DNA from: an uncultured Anaerolineales bacterium
GTDB lineage: Bacteria > Chloroflexota > Anaerolineae > Anaerolineales > Villigracilaceae
Reading direction: 5' to 3'
Length of the DNA: 64,000 bases
Assembly: GCA_949319575.1 (NCBI GenBank)
Contig: CASGHD010000029.1
Location: 2,977 to 66,976 of the forward strand
Numbering within the stretch: the first letter of the stretch is position 1; each line of letters starts with the position of its first letter. Under the pieces are notes generated by a model, which did no database searches, was not told the DNA's origin, and was given only the letters and a program-made list of their open reading frames with translations. Below are positions 51,552 to 60,500 of the stretch, piece by piece. The position numbers and the translations under genes were made by a program.

Positions 51552-52166
51552 TCAAGACGCCGCGCGCGATTCTTTGACGCGGACGCCGTCGCGTCTGATG
51601 ATCCGCGCGGGCATGCCTGCCACCGTGCAATTCGGCGGGACATCGCGGGTGACGACTGCATTGGCGCCGATGACGGCATGATCCCCCACTGTCACAGGTC
51701 CCAGGATTTTAGCTCCGGCGCCAATATAGACATTATCGCCAATGATTGGGGGAGCGCTTTTATCATCCCTGAAGCCGATCGCCACACCGGGATTGACCCA
51801 GCAATTCTCGCCGATCCTTTGCGCGGCGATGACGGTTCCAAAACCAGCCCGGGCGAAAAAGCCGGGACCAATATTGATCGGTTCTGCAAACCGGAGCGCC
51901 ACCTTGGGCGAGGGATAAAACATTCTAGCAATCCGTACCAGCGCGCGCCCGCGAATGCCGGAAAACACCCCGATGCGCGCATAGAACAAGTTGCGGAATT
52001 CAGGGAAGGAATCCAACAGCCAGACCAGGAAATCGGCGGACGACTGCTTCTTGAGGCGAGGTTTGTACACCTGAAACCACCTCAGCATATCTTTCTCGAT
52101 CGCATTTCGATTCGCTGAGCGTTTGAACAGCAGGATATGGGGAATGGCTTTTAGTTTTGCAATCAT
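51552..52166 (-). CDS. Hexapeptide-repeat (LbH) O-acetyltransferase, tandem paralogue
   Basis: IGENCWVNPGVAIG...IGDNVYIGAGAKILGPVTVGDHAVIGANAVV. Confidence 0.85.
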   Translation of the reverse strand: MIAKLKAIPHILLFKRSANRNAIEKDMLRWFQVYKPRLKKQSSADFLVWLLDSFPEFRNLFYARIGVFSGIRGRALVRIARMFYPSPKVALRFAEPINIGPGFFARAGFGTVIAAQRIGENCWVNPGVAIGFRDDKSAPPIIGDNVYIGAGAKILGPVTVGDHAVIGANAVVTRDVPPNCTVAGMPARIIRRDGVRVKESRAAS

Positions 52167-52226
52167 TGTGTCACCACTTGTATGGGTTGGATGTCAAATT
52201 TCACACACAGACATCAGGCGGGAATA

Positions 52227-53525
52227 TCAATTGAGATTCAGCACCGAGTTGTATACATGGAGAAAGTTCTGGCACACCGAAAGCGGGCGGAACGGACCTT
52301 GCTCGTAGGAACGCCGCGACTCTTCAGCCAGCTTCAATCGCAGGGCAGGATTCTCGAGCAAACGATTAATGTGCTTCACCAAACAGGTCGAATCGGCTGG
52401 AGCGCACAGCAATCCATTCTCGCCGTCTTGAATAATCTCCGGTATCCCGCCTACGCTCGTTGTCACGATGGGTCGACCGTATGCCATCGCTTCCACGAGG
52501 GAAACAGGTTGCCCTTCCAGAATGGACGGCATCACGAATACGCCGGTTTGCTTCATGATGCGCATGAGTTCCTCGCGCGAGGTAAACGCGCCGGCGAATA
52601 TCCCAGCGCTGTCGAGTCCCAAGTCATGCGCGTGAGCCGCCAACTCGTTTCGAAGCGGACCTTCCCCATAAATTTTCAGGGATGTGCCGGGATGTTTTTC
52701 TCTGATCGCCTTGAAAGCATCCAATAGATAGACAAGCCCTTTTGTCACAAAAAGCCTGGCAATGGCGGTCAGTTGAACACTGCCATCCTCCCCCGCCACG
52801 TCGCTGACCTGGAATCCCAAATCAACAGGATCGGGCACAAGCGGTCCCTGAACCACAATGGGGCGCGTTACGCCGCAGATCGTTCTTAACCCTTCGGCGC
52901 TTTTCTCCGAGACGGCGATCACCACATCCGCCTTGTTGATGCTCTGATCAAACCCAAGCCACCAATTGAATTGCGGGTCGGGTGTCTGGTGTTCTTCGTA
53001 CACAATGGGCAGTTTCTTCGCGTGAGCCCAATCGATCACGAACAACAAGCTGGTTGTGTATCCCTGGATGTGCAGGATATGCGGGCGCCAGGCTGTCTTC
53101 CAATTTGCCAGCATCAGGCGCGCAAAGGGTTTTCGCCAATCGGGTCCCACGATCCATTTCATCGTCTGCCCGCGAAACCAATTCCGCGCGCTTTGAAACG
53201 CGTCGCCGGGCGCTGTCCGTTTCGCAACCATGATTACCAGCCCGAGCAGGAGGATCACCGGGGTCAAGAGCCACGTTAACCCATTGAGTATCTTTTCCTT
53301 CGTCCCCCAGTCTGAGGCTGGCAGGGATACCCATTTTGGTACTTGATAAAATCGCACCGGGGTCTGACGAAGACGAACGAGATATTGATTGTCAGGCGGC
53401 ACCCACGCGGTAGACAATACGCTGACCTCGTGTCCCATTTGTTGAAGTCCCATCGCCAGCGTAATCGTATATTCTTCCAACCCGCCCAGTTCCTGCATAT
53501 CGTACAGGATCATCCCAATTTTCAA
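52227..53525 (-). CDS. Glycosyltransferase family 4
   Basis: MKIGMILYDMQELGGLEEY...; EGQPVSLVEAMAYGRPIV. Confidence 0.85.
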   Translation of the reverse strand: MKIGMILYDMQELGGLEEYTITLAMGLQQMGHEVSVLSTAWVPPDNQYLVRLRQTPVRFYQVPKWVSLPASDWGTKEKILNGLTWLLTPVILLLGLVIMVAKRTAPGDAFQSARNWFRGQTMKWIVGPDWRKPFARLMLANWKTAWRPHILHIQGYTTSLLFVIDWAHAKKLPIVYEEHQTPDPQFNWWLGFDQSINKADVVIAVSEKSAEGLRTICGVTRPIVVQGPLVPDPVDLGFQVSDVAGEDGSVQLTAIARLFVTKGLVYLLDAFKAIREKHPGTSLKIYGEGPLRNELAAHAHDLGLDSAGIFAGAFTSREELMRIMKQTGVFVMPSILEGQPVSLVEAMAYGRPIVTTSVGGIPEIIQDGENGLLCAPADSTCLVKHINRLLENPALRLKLAEESRRSYEQGPFRPLSVCQNFLHVYNSVLNLN

Positions 53526-53574
53526 TTTGACACCTGTTTATGTGAATTAATAGACTTTATCGGAAATTAAATCG

Positions 53575-53694
53575 GGACGCTGATTCACGCAGACCCTTGC
53601 GCCGCCCGCAGGGCAGGGGAAACGCAGATTTTTCTTTTTTGAATCAGCGAACATCAGCGTTTTTCAGCGTCCAAAAAATGTTCTTCGCTGATTA
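53575..53694. repeat. Hairpin/heptamer repeat element (CGCTGA ... T-run ... TCAGCG x3 ... CGCTGA)
   Basis: ggacgctgattcacgcaga...aacgcagatttttcttttttgaatcagcgaacatcagcgtttttcagcgtcc...ttcgctgatt. Confidence 0.55.
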
Positions 53695-53704
53695 CCAATA
53701 AAGT

Positions 53705-54889
53705 CTAATTTCTGCCATTGAGGTATTTGACATGGATGCGGGATTCGAGAAGTTTCAAATCTTCCAGGATTTTTTTCTCCGTGGCGGCTTTCAACACGAC
53801 ATGCCCGAGGCGGTCGGGTCCCAACCGGAAGGCTGGCGCTATTTCGCCATGAGAGTGATCGATCACCGTCTCGATTATATCCAACCCATCGCCATCCACA
53901 TCGATGCGATCCAGCGTCCCTCCCGATGCGGAGGTGATGAGCAGATTCCCGCAGGGGTTTCTGGATTCAAACCGCGCCCGGGGTTTCGACCCCAAACTCA
54001 GTTCGAGGAGATAGGCATAATAATCCATTTCATAATGGGTGGAAACAAGTTCCGGCAGGCAGGTTGCGCCCGCGCGAGCGCCAATCTCCAGCACATACAC
54101 GTGATCGCCGCGCAGGATAAAATCCGCATTGATCGCGCAGGTGGTCAACCCCAACGCCGTGATCGATTTATCCAGTTGGGTCCAGACCAAACTCTTCACC
54201 TGGTCCGACATCGAATACGGCACATAGTGACCGATCGGCACATCCGTTTTTCCGTGATACAAAATATCGCCATGCGGCATCACAAATTGCGCCTCCCCAT
54301 CGATCACCGCCGCCTGCGCGCCGAACTCCACGCCGCTGATGAATTCCTCCACTAGAAAATATTTCTGGCGCGTGGAGCGCATCACGTATTCGAAGGCATG
54401 CGGCAGGTCGTCGGCAGTATCCACACGGATAATGCCGCGACTTCCGGAGGTGTCGACCGCCTTGCAGATCACAGGCTTCTCGAACAAGTCGAAAGCCTGA
54501 CGCAATTCTTCCAATGTGGACACTTCGCGGAAGCGAGCCGTGCACACCCCTTCGGATTCAAACCGGCGCTTCATCTCCCTTTTGTTTGTTGCCAATACCC
54601 CGGCATTCTCTGAAATCCCGGGCAGACCCAGCGCGTCGCACACCACCCCCAACGCGCGGACTGCCGCATCGGTGCCTGTGGTGCAGATGCAATCCACTTT
54701 TTCATCACGCGCCAGCTGAACGATCGCTTGCGCGTCGGTCGTATCGATATGGCAGGCTTGATCTGCCAGTTGAAAGCCGGGATAATTGCCCGCTGTGCTA
54801 ACCACCAGCGCGCGCATCCCCATCTCTTTGGCTTTGCGGATCAACGGGACCTGGTAAATACCAGCCCCAAGTATCAGCGCTGTTTTCAT
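53705..54889 (-). CDS. ATP-grasp domain ligase
   Basis: Pre-ATP-grasp Rossmann MKTALILGAGIYQVPLIRKAKEMG; central NKREMKRRFESEGV...KPVICKAVDTSGSRGI...FLVEEFISGVEF. Confidence 0.82.
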   Translation of the reverse strand: MKTALILGAGIYQVPLIRKAKEMGMRALVVSTAGNYPGFQLADQACHIDTTDAQAIVQLARDEKVDCICTTGTDAAVRALGVVCDALGLPGISENAGVLATNKREMKRRFESEGVCTARFREVSTLEELRQAFDLFEKPVICKAVDTSGSRGIIRVDTADDLPHAFEYVMRSTRQKYFLVEEFISGVEFGAQAAVIDGEAQFVMPHGDILYHGKTDVPIGHYVPYSMSDQVKSLVWTQLDKSITALGLTTCAINADFILRGDHVYVLEIGARAGATCLPELVSTHYEMDYYAYLLELSLGSKPRARFESRNPCGNLLITSASGGTLDRIDVDGDGLDIIETVIDHSHGEIAPAFRLGPDRLGHVVLKAATEKKILEDLKLLESRIHVKYLNGRN

Positions 54890-54965
54890 GAGTCACCTTT
54901 GGTAGTGCGGAAAAGAAGTGGAGCGTGAAGTTGAGCGACCAGAAAGAATATCCCGGTGACGCGGC

Positions 54966-56765
54966 TTAGCGATTAACCTGCGAAGGCGGAAGAAGGCGCG
55001 AGGCGATCGTTTGAACCGCCTGGAGTCTTCTTAAAGGACGCACATCGTTGGTGGAGGTCATCACCGCTTGATAGTCCGATTCCACCTGTTTCATATCGAA
55101 CCATTCGGAAAGCTGGTCCCAGGCTTCGAACAGGGGCCACACCGATTTTTTCCCGTGAGCCTGGAGGGGCTCGAAGTCGACGCACAGCGATGTTTTCTCC
55201 AACCCTTTCATGAACGGTTTCCTTAATGCCGCGGGAATCTTGTTTGCAATTTTCTTGCGGAGAAAATATTTGCCGGTCATGATATAGGGCTCGGAGCCAT
55301 AGGTGCCCGGAATGACGGCAAGTTTGCCGTAATGGCGGCGAAAGACGTCTCCTAGTAACCTGCGGTCATCCAGCACGGCAAAAGGTAGGGAAAAACAAAA
55401 ACGCGCGTAGGTTCGGTCGAGAAACGGTGTTGCCACGCCGCGCCAATAATCCTTCAATGTGGACAGGAAATTGATGAACGTTCTTTGCCTGCTCCACAAC
55501 TCCAGGTACATCAATTTTTGATGATTTGCCCCGGGGTATGAATCGATTTCGTTGCGGAGATTCGCGGCATTCTCTTCAAGGGCATCGCGCATGGGGCGCT
55601 TCATGGTCGAGCGAAGCAGGGACGGGTCCCAATCGGAATACCATTCATGGTTTACCTGATAGCGTTTGGCGGCTTGGAAGCGAATGGAATCATTAATGGC
55701 ATCGCCAGACAAAACATCGCCGATGAAACCGGTGATCGTGGGGGCAGCAGGCTCTGCTTGAATTTCATCGAGGAAAGACATCAGGTACATGCCCTGAAAG
55801 TGCATGGCGGTCCCGAACATATCGAACCAGCGCCGTGTGTACTTCACCAGGAAGTCTTTCGGCAAGTCGATATGCTTCCACGGGAAGCCAAGCGTTTTGG
55901 CGATTTCACGGGAATAGATCACATCGGTATTTTCTGAAGAACCCCATGCATACGACCGCACCTCCACCCCCACATCCGCCGCCACGCCGGCGATGAGGCG
56001 GGAATCCAAGCCAGCGGATAATGGCATTGCCCAGCGCGGATGTTGTTTCAATATGTCTGCCGTCGCTTTATGCGATAAGGCATACATCTCGTCGACGAGA
56101 TCATCCCAGAGCGAGTCCCAGCGGTCATGGCTGGGTTGCACCGACCAAAGCCGTTTTGCGCGATAGCCGCTTTCATCCCAGGTTGTCACACTATCGGGCA
56201 GGAGCGATTTTATATCTTTGTATAGCGTCCAATCAGAGATGAAGTGTCCATTGAGCAGGAGCGCAACCAGGCCGGGGAGGAAAAAGTCGTCGGGGGTGAG
56301 GGCGGCTGAGGCGACTGTAACAGGCTCCAATGTGGATGCGATGCGGCTGTTGGAAGATTCCATGTGGTAGACCGGCATACTTCCCAGCCAGTCGTTCCAC
56401 AATGTCCACGAGGAGCCATCCGCGCTGACGCGCAGGAGGATCACGCGCCCTTCCCACGGCAGTACGAAATCTTCATCGCGTTCTGTTTTTAGAAGTTTTT
56501 CCTGCGCGTCTTGCCAGGGAACCGAATTATGCGGGGAGCCGATCAGCGCGAGCGTCGATCCGTCGGGCAGGGTATGCGCGCAGTTGGAAATCGAATCGCG
56601 TCCCCAAATATGCAATGTTGTTCCGCCGATTTCGAGCGACCGTCTTTCAAGATGTTGGAAGTAGGATAGGGCGCGGTCTTCGGCTTCGAATGCGCCGGCT
56701 GCGTTGTTGGGCGATAATCCGCGAGTGATGGTAAACCCTAGAATTTGGCTCATGTGTTTCTCCAA
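54966..56765 (-). CDS. Asparagine-synthetase-B-like ATP-pyrophosphatase protein lacking the N-terminal catalytic Cys
   Basis: PP-loop-like MPLSAGLDSRLIAG. The N-terminal domain resembles GATase-7 (WNDWLGSMPVYH) but begins MEKHMSQILGF, not MCG. Confidence 0.8.
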   Translation of the reverse strand: MEKHMSQILGFTITRGLSPNNAAGAFEAEDRALSYFQHLERRSLEIGGTTLHIWGRDSISNCAHTLPDGSTLALIGSPHNSVPWQDAQEKLLKTERDEDFVLPWEGRVILLRVSADGSSWTLWNDWLGSMPVYHMESSNSRIASTLEPVTVASAALTPDDFFLPGLVALLLNGHFISDWTLYKDIKSLLPDSVTTWDESGYRAKRLWSVQPSHDRWDSLWDDLVDEMYALSHKATADILKQHPRWAMPLSAGLDSRLIAGVAADVGVEVRSYAWGSSENTDVIYSREIAKTLGFPWKHIDLPKDFLVKYTRRWFDMFGTAMHFQGMYLMSFLDEIQAEPAAPTITGFIGDVLSGDAINDSIRFQAAKRYQVNHEWYSDWDPSLLRSTMKRPMRDALEENAANLRNEIDSYPGANHQKLMYLELWSRQRTFINFLSTLKDYWRGVATPFLDRTYARFCFSLPFAVLDDRRLLGDVFRRHYGKLAVIPGTYGSEPYIMTGKYFLRKKIANKIPAALRKPFMKGLEKTSLCVDFEPLQAHGKKSVWPLFEAWDQLSEWFDMKQVESDYQAVMTSTNDVRPLRRLQAVQTIASRLLPPSQVNR

Positions 56766-56819
56766 GGAAAGTTTCCCGCATCGTAGATGGATTTGTTTCC
56801 CGCCGGATGTTCAATGGGC

Positions 56820-58226
56820 TCAGGAGCGAGCGCTGATGCCGAACATCGATTTGACGAATATGGAAAGTGTGCCGCGATCGGCGAGATAGTTCGGTCTTTT
56901 GCGGAAGGCGTTCAGTAGCAGGCTGGGAATTTTCTTCGTTTCGCCATTCCGGTACTTCTGTTCTGCAACGTTGACGAGGAAGCTTGCGACCAGCCATTGC
57001 GTTCCGCGTCTTCCGAGATGTGGTTCAATTTGGGAGGAAAGGGCATCGAGGCGGCTTGTGACCGCGTCCACTCCTTCGCTGAACGCATAGCCCATCATCT
57101 CGTGGGTTGCTTGCAAGGTGAATGCTTGATCGGGCTGGAATCCTGTTTCGTCTGCCAGGGCAAAATATTTTTCGGCGTCGTCAGCGCGACCCCAAAGCAA
57201 TGCGCGGATACCTCGAACATAGTTGCCGCGGGCAACCGCCCACAAATAGTTCTCGAGCGCGCCCGGCAGTTCGACAGGCAATTGTTTGAAGATGGATTCC
57301 AACAGCGTTTCGTAGTCGTGACTTTCGTCGTCGACACAATACCCCATCAGGAAGGTTGCATAGAGCGACGGAGCGCCATAAAACAAACCGGGAACGTTTT
57401 GGGAAATATCCCAGAGGAACTTGCGCCCCACCGCGGTTTCACCCTGAGTAAATGCAACATTCGCCCACATGGCACGGATGGCGGAATTCCCAAGGGGGCG
57501 CATATTCGAGACCTCCTGCGGACAGCGAGGGTCTGAGAAGATGGCTTCCTGACAGGCAAGTTCGTCTTCGCATTTTTTCTCTAGCGCGCCGAACCGCCGC
57601 CCAGCCTGATAATTTCGGGAGTGCAAGACCCGGTCGATGCGGGAAAATTTACATCCCGCCATAAACAACTTGCCGCAGACGATAATTTCCCTGCCGCGCA
57701 TGGCTACTTGCGGGTGCCAAATTTCCTCGATTAGCGCCCATTGCCTGCGGACCACCCATGAACTCGGCGGGAGGTAAAAACCCAGAGCCAGTTCGCCCAA
57801 CGTTATGTTTTGGGGAGGCACGGCAACCGTGCGAATTGAATTTGATGAATGCACGCGCTCGTAATACGGGTTGTAGGAAAAGCCTACTTCTGGATTTTCT
57901 TCGAGAAACTTGACGTGCGCTTCCAGTTTTTCAGGCTGGAAGGTGTCATCCTGGTCGAGAAAGGCTACGATCTCCCCCGCCGAGTGGGTGATGCCTGTCC
58001 ATCTTGCGGTGGATGCGCCCCGGTTCTGTTCGTGGCGGATGTATTTCATCCGCGCGTCGGAAAATTGTTGAACCACTTCGCCGGTGGTATCGGGAGATTT
58101 GTCGTCCACGACGATCAATTCAAAATTGGCGTGGGTTTGAGCCAGCACGCTTTGAATCGCCGCCGCGATGGAGTCGGCTCCGTTATAGGCAGGGATGATC
58201 ACGCTGACGAGGAGATTATTTTTCAT
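56820..58226 (-). CDS. Glycosyltransferase family 2 with long C-terminal extension
   Basis: The ATG at 58226 (MKNNLLVSVIIPAYNGADSI) is used. LIVVDDKSPD, LDQDD; about 230 extra C-terminal residues. Confidence 0.85.
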   Translation of the reverse strand: MKNNLLVSVIIPAYNGADSIAAAIQSVLAQTHANFELIVVDDKSPDTTGEVVQQFSDARMKYIRHEQNRGASTARWTGITHSAGEIVAFLDQDDTFQPEKLEAHVKFLEENPEVGFSYNPYYERVHSSNSIRTVAVPPQNITLGELALGFYLPPSSWVVRRQWALIEEIWHPQVAMRGREIIVCGKLFMAGCKFSRIDRVLHSRNYQAGRRFGALEKKCEDELACQEAIFSDPRCPQEVSNMRPLGNSAIRAMWANVAFTQGETAVGRKFLWDISQNVPGLFYGAPSLYATFLMGYCVDDESHDYETLLESIFKQLPVELPGALENYLWAVARGNYVRGIRALLWGRADDAEKYFALADETGFQPDQAFTLQATHEMMGYAFSEGVDAVTSRLDALSSQIEPHLGRRGTQWLVASFLVNVAEQKYRNGETKKIPSLLLNAFRKRPNYLADRGTLSIFVKSMFGISARS

Positions 58227-58285
58227 GATAGTCAATAGTATTACGGGGCAAAGTTTGTAAACGGACGCGCAAGCCGGGGAAATCG

Positions 58286-58353
58286 TCACGAATTCTCACG
58301 AATACACGAATATCCGTCCCGCAATTCGCTTATTCGTGGCTTTTCATTCGCGG
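58286..58353. repeat. Heptamer repeat element (CACGAAT x3 then ATTCG(TG) x3)
   Basis: gtcacgaattctcacgaatacacgaat-atccgtcccgca-attcgcttattcgtggcttttcattcg. Confidence 0.55.
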
Positions 58354-58389
58354 ATGGTTTTCATCGTCGGGCGATATTGCGCTGTACTG

Positions 58390-59172
58390 TTAGACAATAT
58401 CGGCAAATTGGTATTCCACGCGCTTGAAGAACCACACGCCGGCAATAAAGATCAACGCGGAAATGCCCGCCGCCGACCACAAATAATCACCGGGTACGCG
58501 GCTGTAGACCAGCACATCGCGATAGGATGCGATGATCCCGGACATGGGGTTGAGGAAGTACAACCATTTCCATTGTTCAGGGACAAGGGAAAGCGGATAT
58601 AAAATGGGAGACGCATAGAACCAGACTTGAATCACCAGTTTGAGGAGGGGGTCCACGTCACGGTAGAACACGTTGAGGGCGGCTGAGCCAATTCCCAGTC
58701 CGAGGATGAGCGCCATTTGAATGAGGAGAATGAGCGGCAGGAAGAGCAATCCCTGCGGTGAGAAGGGAATCCGATAGAACAGCATCAAGATGACCAGCAG
58801 GATGAACGAAATGAGAAAATCCACGAGGCGGGCAAGAAGCGCGGCAACGGGCAACGCTTCGCGCGGAAAGTAGATCTTCCCCACCAGGTTCATGTTGTGC
58901 ACGAGGGAGGTTGCCATATCGGTGACCGAGGAGGCAAGCAACGTCCAGGGGATTACGGCTGAGTACGAAAAGAGGATGTAGGGAACCCCGCCTGTATCCA
59001 CAGGGACGATGCGCGTGAAGACAACAGCAAAGATGGCGACCGTTGCGACGGGCTGGACGACCGCCCAAAGCCAGCCTAGGGCAGATTGTTGGTAGCGACC
59101 ACGCAAGGTTCGGACGGTCCACGCCCAGACCAGGTCGCGCGTTTTATGAAAGTTATTCGTCTGTGTGAGCAT
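58390..59172 (-). CDS. ABC-2 type polysaccharide exporter permease (Wzm/TagG-like)
   Basis: The ATG at 59172 lies 7 nt after the ATPase stop. RTLRGRYQQSALGWLWAVVQP N-terminal motif and 6 TM helices. Confidence 0.85.
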   Translation of the reverse strand: MLTQTNNFHKTRDLVWAWTVRTLRGRYQQSALGWLWAVVQPVATVAIFAVVFTRIVPVDTGGVPYILFSYSAVIPWTLLASSVTDMATSLVHNMNLVGKIYFPREALPVAALLARLVDFLISFILLVILMLFYRIPFSPQGLLFLPLILLIQMALILGLGIGSAALNVFYRDVDPLLKLVIQVWFYASPILYPLSLVPEQWKWLYFLNPMSGIIASYRDVLVYSRVPGDYLWSAAGISALIFIAGVWFFKRVEYQFADIV

Positions 59173-59179
59173 CGATGCC

Positions 59180-60445
59180 TCAAGCGGTCGGGCGGGCGAC
59201 TGCCCGCTCGTTTTGGGAAATCCGATTCTGTCCCCAAGCGCGGTTCGGTTCAAAGACCGCCATGTTTGCCTCGTGCCCCTGGATGGAGTTGCGCACCTCA
59301 AACCATTCTGAAGCGCCAAAGGCGATGCCGTCGGAATCGTCCGCGTTCATGATCCAGGATTCCACGTAGTACATACTGCCGAACAGCTGTGACGGGTCTA
59401 TCTTTAGAAAATATTCCCCCTCGCCTTTTTCGATGGACATGGGAAAGTGATCGAGATGCGTGCGAATGTTACAACACAGGAGTCCGTCGGAACGGTGTAT
59501 CAATATGATGGCGTTCGACTTGCCGAAATCTTTATAGGCTGTATATTTTACGCGGATCACTAACGGCTGGTTGGTGCGCGCTTCATGAACCGGGTTTCCT
59601 TCCACATCGAGGATATCCACGCGGGTCACCTCGATGCCCGCGTTGACTTCGTCCATTCCCCCATCGTGGCGGTTCATTTTTTCGACGCGTTTTTTCTCCA
59701 ATACCCGGTTGTACATATCGATAATCTCAGCGCTCGTGCCGGAGGCTTGCAGTCTTCCATGCTCGATGTACAACGCGCGTTCGCACAACGCCCGGACCAA
59801 GCCCATATCATGGGAGACAAAGATGAGGCTGGTCCCGTTACGCAACAGGGATTTGATCCGCTCGATGCATTTCTGACGGAAGGAGGCGTCGCCCACTGCC
59901 AGCACTTCGTCCACCAACAGAATTTGAGGCTCGATACACGAGGCCACCGCGAACCCGAGACGCACTGCCATGCCGGATGAATATCGCTTTACCGGCGTGT
60001 CGATGAATTCTTCGATCTCCGAGAAGGCGACGATCTCATCGTATTTTTTGTGAATATCCTTGTACGTCAGCCCCAGAATGGTTCCGTTGAGGTAGATATT
60101 TTCCCGACCGGTCAGGTCGGGGTGAAACCCAGCCCCCAATTCGATCAAAGCCGAGAGTTGACCGTTCACCTCCACTTTCCCAGTGGTTGGGTTTGTGATC
60201 TTCGCCAGCAATTTCAAAATGGTCGATTTCCCGGCGCCGTTCGGACCAACCAGGGCGAGGGATTGCCCCTTTTCCATGGCAAAACTCACATCCTGCAATG
60301 CCCAATAGATCTTCTTATCCGTTGCGTTTCCCTGCTTTCCCAGCAAGGGCTTGACCCATTGCGAAAGGATCGACGGGAGGCTGGTGCGCGTTAGTCCGAG
60401 GTTGTATCGTTTTGAAACATTTGTAAATTGAATCACGGGTGTCAT
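59180..60445 (-). CDS. ABC polysaccharide exporter ATP-binding protein (Wzt/TagH-like) with C-terminal beta-rich extension
   Basis: Walker A GPNGAGKST, signature YSSGMAVRL, Walker B ILLVDEVLAVGD, plus about 170 extra C-terminal aa. The ATG at 60445 (GGAG 7 nt upstream) is preferred over 60463. Confidence 0.88.
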   Translation of the reverse strand: MTPVIQFTNVSKRYNLGLTRTSLPSILSQWVKPLLGKQGNATDKKIYWALQDVSFAMEKGQSLALVGPNGAGKSTILKLLAKITNPTTGKVEVNGQLSALIELGAGFHPDLTGRENIYLNGTILGLTYKDIHKKYDEIVAFSEIEEFIDTPVKRYSSGMAVRLGFAVASCIEPQILLVDEVLAVGDASFRQKCIERIKSLLRNGTSLIFVSHDMGLVRALCERALYIEHGRLQASGTSAEIIDMYNRVLEKKRVEKMNRHDGGMDEVNAGIEVTRVDILDVEGNPVHEARTNQPLVIRVKYTAYKDFGKSNAIILIHRSDGLLCCNIRTHLDHFPMSIEKGEGEYFLKIDPSQLFGSMYYVESWIMNADDSDGIAFGASEWFEVRNSIQGHEANMAVFEPNRAWGQNRISQNERAVARPTA

Positions 60446-60500
60446 CGTAACACTCCGCGCCATACTTTTTCAACTGTCATGGAATAGACCACACTCATTT

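Noticed and set aside
54966-56765. Cys-less asparagine-synthetase homologue as a lasso-peptide cyclase (McjC-like).
   Set aside because: No transglutaminase-like B protease, RRE or short precursor ORF is adjacent. The neighbours are an ATP-grasp enzyme and glycosyltransferases, so a glycan-modification role is more parsimonious.
58286-58353. Possible CRISPR-like array suggested by tandem short repeats (CACGAAT x3; also TCAGCG x3 at 53640-53672 and CCGTG x4 at 49466-49498).
   Set aside because: The repeat units are only 5-8 nt with 1-4-nt spacers, far below CRISPR dimensions. They are accompanied by their own complements (hairpin logic), and no cas genes are present.
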